Below are positions 39,150 through 51,415 of a DNA stretch of 64,000 nucleotides, one piece after another. Source of the DNA: Rhynchobatus australiae (Eukaryota); the NCBI GenBank assembly GCA_034780895.1, contig JAUZTB010000070.1, positions 13,178,435 to 13,242,434 of the forward strand, in the 5' to 3' direction. Under the pieces are notes generated by a model, which had not been told where the DNA came from, ran no database searches, and saw only the letters and a list, made by a program, of their open reading frames with translations. The translations under genes were made by a program, and so were the position numbers. How positions within the stretch are numbered: the first letter of the stretch is position 1; every line of letters starts with the position of its first letter.

Positions 39150-40680
39150 TAATAATCTTGTTGTGTGGGGTCCTTGAAGAAAGAATGGCTATAATGTGAT
39201 AGAATTCTTCATTAAGATGGAAAGTTAAAATTTTCAGTCCAAAACTAGTCTCCTAAACCTGAACAAAGGAAACAACAGAGACATGAGAAGTGAGGATTTG
39301 CTGATAGATTGAGGTCCTTTATGGACAGCCATGAGGGTGAATAGGCAATGACTAACATATGAACTCAGGAACTGCAATAGTTCCAGCACAAAAACCCAAA
39401 TAACCAGTTTAGATTTAGATCCATTTAGAATTCAGCAGAAATGGACCGAGGCATTGAATGAGGGCGAAAATAGAGAATGTACGGATCATAAAAGCAAACT
39501 GTACAAGTTTCACATGTATGTAAAATGAAAAAGATTAGTGAAGACAAATGATGGTACCTTAAAGTCAGAATTTACAACAGGTGTCGAAGAAATGGCAGTT
39601 ATTAAACAAATACTTTGTGTTCTGTCTTTATGGAACAGAATACAAATCATTTACCAGAAATGTTAGGGCAGCATGAATCTAATGAAAAGGAATGAAAGGA
39701 GATTAATATTGGTGAAAAAATAATGCTGAAAATATTAATAGAACTCAAAGCAAATAAATTCCTAAGGCTTGATGGCCTTCGTTCCAGAGTGCTGAAGAGG
39801 TAGCTATAAAAACAATAGATTCATTGATCACATTCTAGTAAACTTCCATAGATTATGGAATGGTTCCTGCAGACTAGAGGGTGGCAAATGAAACCCCACT
39901 ACATGAAAAAGGAGGGAGAGAGAAAGCAGGGAACTACAGACAGGTTAGCCCTACATCAGTAGTAGGAAAATGTTAAGGTCTATTATAAAGGACATGATAA
40001 CAGGGCACTGAGAAAATACTAATGGATTAAACAAAGTCAATATGGAGTTATGAAAGGGGAATTGTCTTTGACAAACTCACTGGATTTTTTTGAGGCTGTA
40101 ACTGGTAGAATGGTTAAGGGAAAACCAATGGATGTAGTGCATTTGGATTTTCAAAAGACCTTTGATAAAATTACACCTAAGAAGCTAGTGTGCAAATTAA
40201 AGTACATGGGATTGGGGGTAATAAATTAGCATGGATTTAAAATTAATTGAAGAGGAAACAAATGAGTGTTTTTGGAGTGGCAGACATTCCAGAGATCAAT
40301 GATTGAGCACCAGTCATTTGGATCAGGGAACCAAATGTTTTGCTGACAACACAAAACTGAGTGAGTTGTGACATTGCAAAGAGGCTTCAATGTTATTTAA
40401 ACAAGTTGAATGAGTGGCCAAATACATGGAAGCTATCCACTTTGAGACTTAAAAACAGAAGGGCAGTGTATTATTTAACTGGTGACAGATTGGGAAATGT
40501 TGATCTACAAAGAAATCTAGGTTTCCTTGTGCATTTGTCACTGGAAGCAAAGATGGAGATGCACCATTCTGTAAAGAAAGCAAATAGTATGTTGGCTGTC
40601 ACTGCATGAGGTTTTGAGTACAGGAGAGAGGATACCTTCCTATAGTTGTACAGGGTCTTGGTGAGACCAGACCTGTATCT
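39150..40680 (+). mobile_element. CR1-type LINE ORF2, decayed RT
   Basis: RVANETPLHEKGGREKAGNYRQVSPTS, DVVHLDFQKTFDK and LYRVLVRP remnants. Confidence 0.85.
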
Positions 40681-41069
40681 CTAAAAGTCCAATCTTCTCC
40701 AGTTATGGCAACCAATTTTCATCCTAATCAATTACCAGAAGGCTTATAGATCACTGTGGATTTCTTCAACTGGATTGGTTGGTTCCTACCTATAACTAAA
40801 TGCCAGATTTTGCAGGAGTGGTTGAGTCGATAATCAGAGCCAACGTGGCAAGGCAGGCACTAATTCAGCATTGCATAAGGTCCAATGCTGCTAACTTCCG
40901 ACTCTGAATACTTCTGGAGTGTGCAGACAAAATATGCTCCAATATGCTAACCAATTTCCCAAGTAGTATAAAGCAAGTTAAAATCATGCACTCACAATAC
41001 TCACAAAGTCTACTGTAAATTGGTAACAAATCCAGAGCTATGTGGGCGTTCCTGTTTCCACCTTTCCTT

Positions 41070-41387
41070 GTCATAGAGTCATACAGCAGAGAAATATGCC
41101 CTTTGGCCCAGCTAGTGCATGGTGAATATCAAGCACCGTTATATTAATCCTACAATAATCCCATTTTATTTGTCCCACATTCCCATCAACTACCCCAGAT
41201 TCTATCAGTCACCTACATACTAGGGGCAATATAGAACAGCCAATTAATCTGCCAACCTGAACATCTTCACCGCAATCAAAGCTCCCAGAGAAAACCATGC
41301 AAACTCCACACTAATGGCATTGGATATCAGGACTGAGCTCAGATTGCTGGGACTGAGAGACTGCAACTCAACTTGCTGTGCACATTG
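41070..41387 (-). mobile_element. HE1-like V-SINE
   Basis: tRNA-like head at the right end, V-domain gtgtggagtttgcatggtttt, CR1 tail at the left. Confidence 0.75.
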
Positions 41388-42261
41388 TTCATAGTTGAAG
41401 ACAGCTGGAGACTCGGAAATCAGGAGGAAATGGGGTCTTGTGTTGTATATGTTAATAAACCAAAGATATCTTTTGAGCTGCAGGTCATCAAGTGTCAAAA
41501 ACTAAGATCACCAACTTATGGAATTCATAATGACATAGTTTATAAAATCTAACAAGACTCAGTGGTGCAAGTCACAAATATAAGAGAAAATAAGTGTGAC
41601 ACATTTAGGTCTCCTGGCTTGGATTTATCCATTTCTCATAGCTACTCTTTCCTAAAATTCTACCAAACACATCCCTGAATGCTAAAGCCAGTTCCCTCAG
41701 TACTTGGAAGTGACCTCCTGCTGCTCAACATTTTGCCTCCTCCTAACCACTAACAAAATGCTTTATCCTGCCATGTTATTCGAAAGGAATCTTAGGAATT
41801 ATTAATTTCTGGTGCCTATTAACTGCCTGCTTTATCCTTATCCCAGAATAACTGCAGCCTTGTTAAAATCAGGGTTTTTATATCTATATGTTGCATTCTA
41901 AGTAGCAGCATAGTTTAAATGTCCATTTTATGTTTGAATCTTGAATGTTCCCATGTTTTATTTCAGTGTTAAAATTTATTTAAATAGAGATTGAGCATCA
42001 AAGCTTTGAATGGAGGGAAGTATACACTTGTTTCATAAATAGAAGCTCACAGTAACATTTTGTTTGCTTCACACTGGCATTCTGTCTTCATTATCACCCG
42101 TTCTTTGAGGTACCTCCAGCACTGAGAGCGAGAGGGGATAATGAGCATTGTCGCAGTTGTTAATTCCAGTACTTGCTGATTGGCTGTTGATAAGCATCAA
42201 CTGCTAATGGCCTTCCCACTTCAGTCACAGAAAGGGTTGGCTCTGTTTTTTCGGAGCTTAC

Positions 42262-42293
42262 CATGCATATTGAATGTCATCTGTGGAACTATT
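42262..42293 (-). other. Candidate 32-nt exon
   Basis: Minus strand: ~40-nt pyrimidine tract ending ctctctatctcAG | aatagttccacagatgacattcaatatgcatg | GTAAGC. Confidence 0.35.
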
Positions 42294-42939
42294 CTGAGAT
42301 AGAGAGAGTGAGAGCAAAAGGGAAGGAAAGAGACTCTGCATTCCTGTACTATTTCCTGCTGTTGCTTACTGAGCTGGAAGACAGTAAGAGTGGTTTTCTA
42401 ATGCAATTCGGTGCCAACAGACAACTAAACAATTTGAAGCCAGTCTGAAGAGATTCCCAAACTAGCTTAATTTCTCTCTGTATTGTTAGCACACAAGCTG
42501 AAAAATTCAACATCAAAGATCAACAAGTGAATGCTCAGCTAATGCAACAGTTGTGTACTGTTCATTAATAGAAAAGAGAGCCAATATCGGAGTGACAGCT
42601 CATGTAAGTAAGACTAAAAATTTGTTGAAATTGTAAGACTGATTGCTCTTCTTCTGAATCATAAAATTTAACTAAATGTGTATTGGAAAAAGAACTTTGT
42701 GGTTCCATATGATTTAATATTCATACAGTCAAAGGAATATTACATTATATAGACATTTCTGCCCATGTTGTGGTATTAGAAACATGGTTCTCTAAACACT
42801 ATTACCTCTGCATTAAGTGTATGATTTTTCAGTATATCTTTGATTGTGTTTGGTGCAGAGGCTGATGTATAGCATTGACTTAATTATGTATGTGTCCAGG
42901 AGGGATAGATAATGCAGTTCAAAAGTCCAAGATGCTTTG

Positions 42940-43870
42940 AAACTTCAGAAACCATATCAAAGAGTACCATGGACCACGAAATCTAAGAGCAACTGAGTCG
43001 CAGCTCATAATGTTTCTGAGGCACGGAAAGATACAGGTCATCAAACATAAACAAAGGCTAAAATTGCACTTTTACAAATCTAACATAGACTAAGAGTCAC
43101 TAGACACCAAAGCCAAGGGAGATGAGGGTCATGAAATCTAACGGCTAACAGAAAATCTAAGAGAAATGTGAAATGTGGATAATCATATCAACCTTATGTT
43201 CCATAATTTGACCCATAACCTGAAAATTGCATATTAAAGGTCAAATTAACAAAATGCTGAGATATATAATACAGCAATATGTAAGAGGACTGAGATATGT
43301 GTTACTAAGTCTAACATTGATTAGAGGCACAGTTACCCACGGTTTAAGAGAGACAGAGATATACAGTACATAAGATATACTCTGAGAGCTAGGTCATAAG
43401 TCAAAGATTGAGAGAATTCAGAAAATTGACTCAAGGCTATAAGAAACAGCTCATGAAATCTAAGAGACTGAGGAGTGTGTCACAAATATAAGAGAAACTC
43501 AGAGAAGCTCAACACATATCTAATGTCAAATCATATGTCAAATATTACAAAACACATGTCAAATCAAAGAGGTTTTTATATTGTGAAAAGAAGTCTAATG
43601 TGGATTGAGCAGTACAGGTTAACCAAATCAAAGAGAGACTTGGAGCTGCAATGCAGATCATAAAATCTGAGGGACTGTAGGATTTAGGAAGAGAAATTTA
43701 AAACTTCAGAGGCAAATCCAAGATAGGCAAAGTATACAAGGTTGAATCTGTAACACAAATGAATGGCAACAGCCACCAGGTCTCAGAGAAGATGGAAAGG
43801 CTTAGGTTAGCAAATCTAAGGGAGACTGAAAATGACACTAAGCCTATGATACACTGAAATATGTGGACTA
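42940..43870 (+). repeat. Ancient degenerate tandem repeat
   Basis: Recurrent AAATCTAAGAGA(GACTGA)-like motif at 42979, 43076, 43134, 43153, 43456, 43484, 43625, 43663, 43714 and 43812. Confidence 0.6.
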
Positions 43871-43899
43871 GTAGCTGTGATACAGGCTCTTTATTTGGG

Positions 43900-44380
43900 T
43901 TATTCTACTGAGAATTCAACAAGGCTAATAAATTATTGGTTAGGCTGCAATTAGAACATTGAGCACATTTTTGGCACCCTAGTTTAGGAGGAATATCAAG
44001 GCCATGAAATTTAATATAAAGTTTCTTGTATTTAATGTTTTATTTATGAGTGGAGACTAAAGAAATTGAGATGTCTGAAGTGAAAATAGAAATCCTATGG
44101 TTTAAAGGATTAAGTCATGAGAATATATTCACAAACTTGGCTCATATTGCAAGTTGGAAGCTTCAGGTAATTTAATCAAACTATTTAAAACAATTACAGA
44201 TTCAATAGGTTAAATACAGTAAAGCTATTTCTTCCAGTAGGGAATCCAGAACAAGAAGTCGGAATCTCTATTTGTAAGAATAATCCCAAAGAAGAATGTC
44301 ATGCAAAGAATGAGGGTAATCTGTAATTTATTCACCCAAAATGCTTTAAATGGGTGGTCAATTGAAACCATCTATATTCA
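43900..44380 (+). mobile_element. Diverged CR1 3' fragment
   Basis: LVRLQLEH..FWHPSL...LFLPVGNPE-like remnants. Confidence 0.55.
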
Positions 44381-46859
44381 AGTTGTGAGTGTGGCAGGAC
44401 AATTGAGATCTGCTGATTGACGGGACCAACAGTTTATCTCAATGAAAGTAGAGGAATGAGAAGGAAACAGAGAAATGATGGAGGAGGACATAAGGGTCAT
44501 GTTAGAGAAAGAAAGAAAGAAAGATTAAAAAGATCAGATTAAATGACGAAAAAAAGGAGAAAGAAGGGAAAATTAAGAGAAACAAGTCAAACTTTTTACA
44601 TTTTATATATCTCTAGGAACAATTTAGTACTTGCAATTGTGAGGCCAGAATTTTATTTTTTTGTTACTTTCTTCACGACTCCCACCACCCCCACCCCCCA
44701 ACCCCATGACTGAGTGGCATTTCATGAACATAAATCTGGTCAGTAGAAAGGATCTTGCTACCANNNNNNNNNNNNNNNNNNNNNNNNNNNNNNNNNNNNN
44801 NNNNNNNNNNNNNNNNNNNNNNNNNNNNNNNNNNNNNNNNNNNNNNNNNNNNNNNNNNNNNNNACCCTGCACCCATAAAAAAAACAAATTTTAAAAAATT
44901 TGGACAGTAACTTACCAAATATTGACTGTTTCTCTTTCCATAGATCCTGCCTGATCTGAGTTTTTTTTTACAGCATTTTCTGTTTTTTTTGTCTCAAATG
45001 GTTGAGTTGTTTAAACTCTCTTCAAAGGAAAGTTTATCCAGTGGATACAAACTCAGCAGTTGTGAAGAGGGCTTTCTGTTCTCCTGAATGACATATTTTT
45101 CATTTTCCTACTACCTTTTCTGTTTTGCCAATCATATCACACTTAACTGTTCTGGTGGCAGTTGTTTGAAGTGGCAACATGTGCACTTGAACAAACAACC
45201 TAATTCTACTTAACTGATATCTTGATTCCAGTATTTGATATGAAGCTTAGAGCTAATGGTGTGATGTTTAAAATCATAGTTATTTGCATAGGATAGGAAA
45301 AAATACATCAGAATTTCTTTTAAGTGATCAGTCCGAAGGCAATAAATGGAATAAGTAATGGGGAACCAACAAACAAATTTCTAATCCATACTGGAGGAAT
45401 TGTAGCATTATCGTAGCAAGTGAAAAATTCCAGCACATGCTTGAGACAATCCATGATGATCTCACTGAAAAGTAACCATGACTTAATTTAAGTGTAATAA
45501 TACATTTCAAAGAAACCTAATGTAATTTCACTTCAACATGTTAGGATTGGTTTGCATATTCTCTTCACCTAACTTGAGCAAGTAAGTAGATACAAACCAA
45601 TGCAAATGCACTGAGAAAATAGAGCTGTATGTTGACTTGCCATTCAGTGGGGGTAAACACAGTACGAAATGTTTGGACCTGCCTAATTATAGGATCATCT
45701 TGAAAAGGCAGAAGAAGGACTTGGGGTTATTGTGAATTATGAATGTAACATTCCACATACACGCATAGTGAGGGCAAAGTCAATGCATAGGGAGCATTGA
45801 AAAGTCAATGCCTCGCAAAATGAGGTATGCCTATTTTTTGTGTACTTGTCCAAAACTAGCTTCCAAACTCTTAGCTTCAGATGCAAAATTAAGGAATCTT
45901 TTGTTTTAATGATGATCTTGCTCATGGTGAAAGTTTCTGATACATTTGGCTTCAAGAACTTAATTCTCTTATATTTTGATCATCTTTTTGATATATGTCA
46001 CTTGTTCTTTTGTACTTATCCTGCTCAATAGAATGCTTTTAAATGCGTTCCATTTGTCCTCATAGGAGCTTTTCTTGAGTATTACCTTCCAATTGATTTA
46101 TTAAGATTTTCACTGTTATGTCTGATTATTCATTTGAAAATGGAGTATTATTATACATAAATGATCATTCAAAGGCAAATAAACCAGAAAATAATCATGA
46201 TTTTACCAGCATTTGTTGTCCGGGCATGTACTTGGCTTTAGCAAAATTATTTTACTTGAACAAGCTCTAAACATAAAAAAACACAACCAGGAATTTAAAG
46301 GACTGCTGAATAAAAAGAAGAGAACCCTAAAAAAATTGTTGTAGACAGGTGATGGTTAACAATATCCAAAGGCCTGGCTCTAAATGAGGACAAAAATATG
46401 GAGATAGGGAGAAGTAATTTTACAAGAACAGATTTCNNNNNNNNNNNNNNNNNNNNNNNNNNNNNNNNNNNNNNNNNNNNNNNNNNNNNNNNNNNNNNNN
46501 NNNNNNNNNNNNNNNNNNNNNNNNNNNNNNNNNNNNGTTACCCATTCTTCCTACAGTGATTAACTTCTTCAGTCATGCATGAGCTACATTGTTTTGATGG
46601 ATTAAAACAATTAATTTTTCACTTTGAAACTGTAATAGTTAAAATGCACATACATACTGTGGAAGATGCAAGTTCAGTCTGCAGTCTGCAACTGGAACAG
46701 TTATTACAATGAAATACTTAAAGGAGGTCTCAAAGAAGATCGTCCTAATGCAACTCAGCTATGTGCTTTACTCTCATCTAATCGCACAAAATAGACTGCA
46801 GAATGAGCAGTAAAATATCACTTTATGCACTCTTTAAACTTGCACTATCTGAAAATAAA

Positions 46860-47270
46860 AGAGCGAACTTGGTAAATAAAAACCAGAAATGCTAGAAATG
46901 CTCCGCAGGTCAAGCATTCTTGTAGAGAAAGGAATATAATTAACATTTCGGGTCAATGGCCTTCCATGAGAAAAGTTCAAAATAAAACAGTTTGCAGAGA
47001 AAGCGGGATGGGTGGAGAATAAAAGGAAAAGTCTGTAATTAGGTGGAGAACAGAAGAGACTGAATGAAACAGCTCGGCATGATATCATCTGGAAGATGAT
47101 GATATAGATATTTCTGGAGCAGATGAATGAAGTGAGGAATATCAGAAGAGAAGAGAAAAAATGCTGAATGGTGGAAATGTGAGATACGTGACTGGAATGC
47201 CTGATTTTCTGAAATTGTACAATTCAATGTTGATTTATGAAATCCTAAATGAGATGCACAGTTAGAAAAC
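46860..47270 (-). mobile_element. Penelope-like terminal region
   Basis: aaaaccagaaatgctagaaatgctccgcaggtcaagca belongs to a family also seen at 44920-44990, 48500-48620, 49830-49950 and 62840-63040; decayed hammerhead core at 46940-46970. Confidence 0.65.
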
Positions 47271-48869
47271 ACACTGGGATTACAATTAACTCACACCTGT
47301 TTGACCTAATGCAGGACACACACAAACTGTATGCTTACATCTCATTACATTAGTATAAACAGTGCTATTAGTCCCATAAGGGGATGTCCACTGATCCACT
47401 GGCTAATGTTAAATCTGCCTGACAATAATTGAATCTATGCCTAAACTATTTAAGGGGGAGGTACCCAGGATTAACAAATGATTTAGAACCCCTTTCACAG
47501 GTTTTGTACACTTCGTGCATGCGTAAAGTGAGCACAGGCAAGAGTGGGAGCCCTGTTATTCCATCAAAGCTCTGGACACTTTGATTGAAATGGTGAACTG
47601 AGGAAGGAGACCCTTTATTACGGGGTCCCAGAAATTCTGATAGACAAATGACATATCTGTGGTCATTGTCAGGAGCAAAGTGCCAAGAACATGCATGCAG
47701 TGACATAAGTGGTTTAATAACCTTGTATGCATGGCCAAGGTTCGTGATGGCATTGTTAAACTATTACTATTAAAGTCTCTGTTCCTTCCTTCCTCAGTGC
47801 TGATAAATGGGACTAGTATAGATAGGTATCTGATGGTCAGCATGGACACGGTGGATTGAAGGGCCTGTTTCTGTGGTGTTTCTGCTTCATGCTAGCAAAC
47901 AGTATATTGATGAAGGGGAACTTGGTGATAGTAATTCCATTGGATGTTATGGGGATGTGTTTGGATTCTCTTGTTGAAGACCTTTAGTGCTTCCCAGTTG
48001 CCTGGTGGAATGTTACTTGCCACTTACCATCTTAAACCTAAATGTTGTCAAGGTCTTAAATGATGCTAACAATGCTTGAGAAAGAAAAAGTAATAATTGT
48101 ACGAAAATGTGCAGCCTTCATATGTAGCTTTCAGCAACTGAGGAACAAAATAGAGCTTTAGTGTACGTTGTACTGAATTAAAAGTCAGATGAGAAGGTCT
48201 GAAGCAACTATCATGAGCTGGAGGCTGACTTGCCATTCCACGCAATATTCACCTCATAGTACATGGAGTCATTAACCCCCTGTTCCTTCTCTTCCCAACA
48301 TTCCTCCTGAAGTATTGCAGTGGAGTCACATTAAAATCAGGTGGCCCTCTGGGTGCTGATTCCTGAGAGAGACCAAATCCCATTCAGTATTTTATACTGA
48401 CTTTAACATCCCTCTTTGAATGCCCAAAAGCACTCAATAGCCAATGAAATTGGCAGTAGTTCAGGCAGTGCCTATGGGATAAAAAGCAAATGTTCCAGTT
48501 CAGAAATATTTGCTCTGTTTCTTTTTTCACAAATGCTGCTTGACCCATTGAGTATTCCCAGCATCTTCTGCTTTATTCCAGATTTACAATATCTGCCTTA
48601 TTTTACATTTGGATTATTGTGCAGGTTTTGCTGCATGTGATTTAGGGTGATTCATCAGCCAAGCATGGGTGAATTATCTTACCCTTCTCCTCATTAAAAT
48701 GATAAAGCAATGAGCTTCTATCTGACAGGCTAGTTATAAAGAGCCTTCTGTCATGTCCGCCTCCCTTGCAGAGCAGCTGTAAAGCTGCCTGAAACTTATG
48801 TTCCATCTTGACAACAGGTCTTGGAGTTAATGCCATTTGCTTTTAAAGAAGGGTACTTCCTATATTTTA

Positions 48870-49110
48870 GGCATTGGTGCAGATGGGCAGAAAACACTTC
48901 ATGATGCAATTGAAGAATAGCAAGATACCCTGGTATCATAAAGTATAGCGAATGGTTTATCTGAACATGCTGTTCATGAGACCTTGCCATTTGTAAATTG
49001 GCTGCATCAAGTGCCTGCATTATATCTGTGACTGCACTTCATTGGCTATGAAATGCTTGGGAGATCCTCGGGATGTGTGAAGTACCACATTCATTCAAAC
49101 TCTTTCTTTT
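48870..49110 (+). mobile_element. Deu-domain SINE 3' part
   Basis: aaattggctgc...gtgactgcacttcattggctatgaaatgcttggga; same family as 3565-3950. Confidence 0.65.
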
Positions 49111-49829
49111 GAATGTTGATTACAAAGTGCCTGTACAAGGATTTGAATAGCCGCAGCTGTTGCATTTGATTCAGTTATGATCATAACAGCAAGGATTTTG
49201 TACGTCACAAGCCAACAGAAAAGTGACAATAGGTTTACAATATCATTGGGCAGAGGGAGGAGGGGTGACGCAGCAAGCTGAGGACAGAGATCCCCAACAA
49301 TATTGCGTTGGTGCATTTGCTTCTTCACCCACTATGCATGCACATGTACCTTGCCATAAGAAGACAATCAATGCCATGGGACTGTCTTCTGTTGAAAAAA
49401 ATGCATGGGGAAATAATGACGCAAGTATTCCTGAGGTTAGACCGGGTAAAGGAATAGTGACTCATTAAAATGGAAAAGAGCAAATGGAAGGGACAAAGGT
49501 AGGTTTTGGTTAATCTACACTTTTCAAAGAGTTGTGATTATTTAAATGTCAATAATTGATTCCTCTAATTTTTTAGCTGTAATAATTTCTTTAAAATTTA
49601 AATAAGTTATTTTTAATAGTTTTTGTAAGTTTCTACATGTCAGTGAAAATCACAATCCCACAAAACCTTTTAATAATTCTGCTGGCTGGCTCAGCCATAG
49701 GTGAGTGAGTGGGGCTTGTTCCAACCCCATGATGTGATAGCATTTATGTCAAGGAGTTCAGGATCCCCACAACACATATTGACACAGCTTCTCCAAGGAA
49801 CTTCTCACTGGGGCATCCATACAAAGTAA

Positions 49830-49950
49830 GTTCTGATGTATGGTCCCAGACCTGAAGCATTAACTGTTTCTCTTTCCACAGATGCTACCTGACCTTTCCA
49901 GCATCTACATTTTTGTTTCACATTTCCAGCATCTCTAGTTTTTTTTTATT
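49830..49950 (+). mobile_element. Penelope-like terminal fragment with degenerate hammerhead core
   Basis: CTGATGt-atGGTC-cca-GACCt-GAAg followed by tccacagatgctacctgacc...tccagcatct. Confidence 0.6.
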
Positions 49951-50179
49951 CCCAAGATAAGTTCAGGCTTAGCAAGTAGGTAAGTGGCAAATGCTGGTAG
50001 CTGGTTGCTTCAAGGAAATTCCAGACCATCATTTAAGTTTGTTATGGAAATAAATAAATTGAACCTCAATTATGTCATCAAGACCTCCACAAGTTCTAGA
50101 ACCAGGGAACTAGGTTTAAATTTAGAAGATGGAACATGCACTGGATGTTTAGTTACTTTACATGGTAAATTAAGGTGGA

Positions 50180-51415
50180 GCATACAGTGAAAGTAGGACA
50201 AATGTAATCTGGCTAGCAACCTTACAGTCTGTCTACTCTTAATCATCAGCTAAATGATGGAGGCTGTAGTTGACAGTGCCATCAAGTGACACTTAATCAC
50301 CAATAACCTACTCAATGATGCCCAAGCTGGGTTTCACTTGGACCACCAACTGTGGCATCAAGAAGTTCTACTAAAACTGAAGTCAATGGACTAAGAAAAA
50401 AACACTGCAATGGCATGAGTTATGCAACTTGCTAAGGAAAATGGTTGTGATTGTTGGAGATCGATTTTCCTAATCCCAAGACATCACTGCAGGAGTTCAA
50501 CAAGACAGTCCCCTAGTTCCAAGCATCTTCACTGCTTCATCAATGATCTTCCTTGCACCATAAGCTCAAGGTATGATTGTACATTGTTCAGTTCATTTGC
50601 ACCTCTTCAGAAAATTAAGCAGTCCATGCCCGCATGCAGAAAGACTTTAGACAACATTCGGGCTTGGGCTGGCAAGTAGCTTGTCTACCACAGAAGTGCC
50701 AAGCCAACAACTACCTCCAACAAAACAAAATCTACCCCTGACATTCAATGGCATTATATCACTAGACACCCACCATCAACATTCTGGGAGTCATCATTAA
50801 CCAGAACCTTCACTAGACCAGCCACTTAAATACCATCCCAATAAGAGCAGATTGGAGGGTGGATATCCTGCAGTGAATGATTCACATGACATCCCAAAGC
50901 CTTTGCACCACCTATAATAAACAAGTCAGGGGTGTGAAGGAATACTCTCTACTTGCCTAGATGAGTACTCTTCAAATAATTTTCAAGAAGCTCAATGCTA
51001 TCCGAGGCAAAAAATCTGCTCAGTTGATACCCCATACCCCACCAGTGTCTACCNNNNNNNNNNNNNNNNNNNNNNNNNNNNNNNNNNNNNNNNNNNNNNN
51101 NNNNNNNNNNNNNNNNNNNNNNNNNNCCCCACCAGTGTCTACCAGATGTGTAACCTCTACTACCAAGAAGGACAAGGGAACCAGGTGCATGGGAACATAC
51201 CTCTTGCTGGTTCCCTTCCAAATTGTACACTATCCTGACTTGGAAATATGTCACCATCCCTTCATTGTTACTTGGTCTAAGGGCACTGTGGGACCACCTT
51301 CACCTGAAGGACTGCAGTGGTTCAAGGAGACTCACCGCCATCTTCCCCAAGGGCAACTTGGGATGGGTAGTAAGTGGTGCCTTGCCCGTGACACCCAGAT
51401 CCTAAGAAATAAATA
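50180..51415 (+). mobile_element. 3' portion of the LINE family at 22.8-26.0 kb
   Basis: CFINDLP...DNIRAWAGK, FKKLNAIRGKKSAQLI, GTVGPPSPEGLQWFK; the 3' tail matches 22805-22900. Confidence 0.85.

Noticed and set aside
47450-47760. Slightly GC-richer segment that looks like an interspersed repeat
   Set aside because: No second copy in the window and no diagnostic motif; could not classify.
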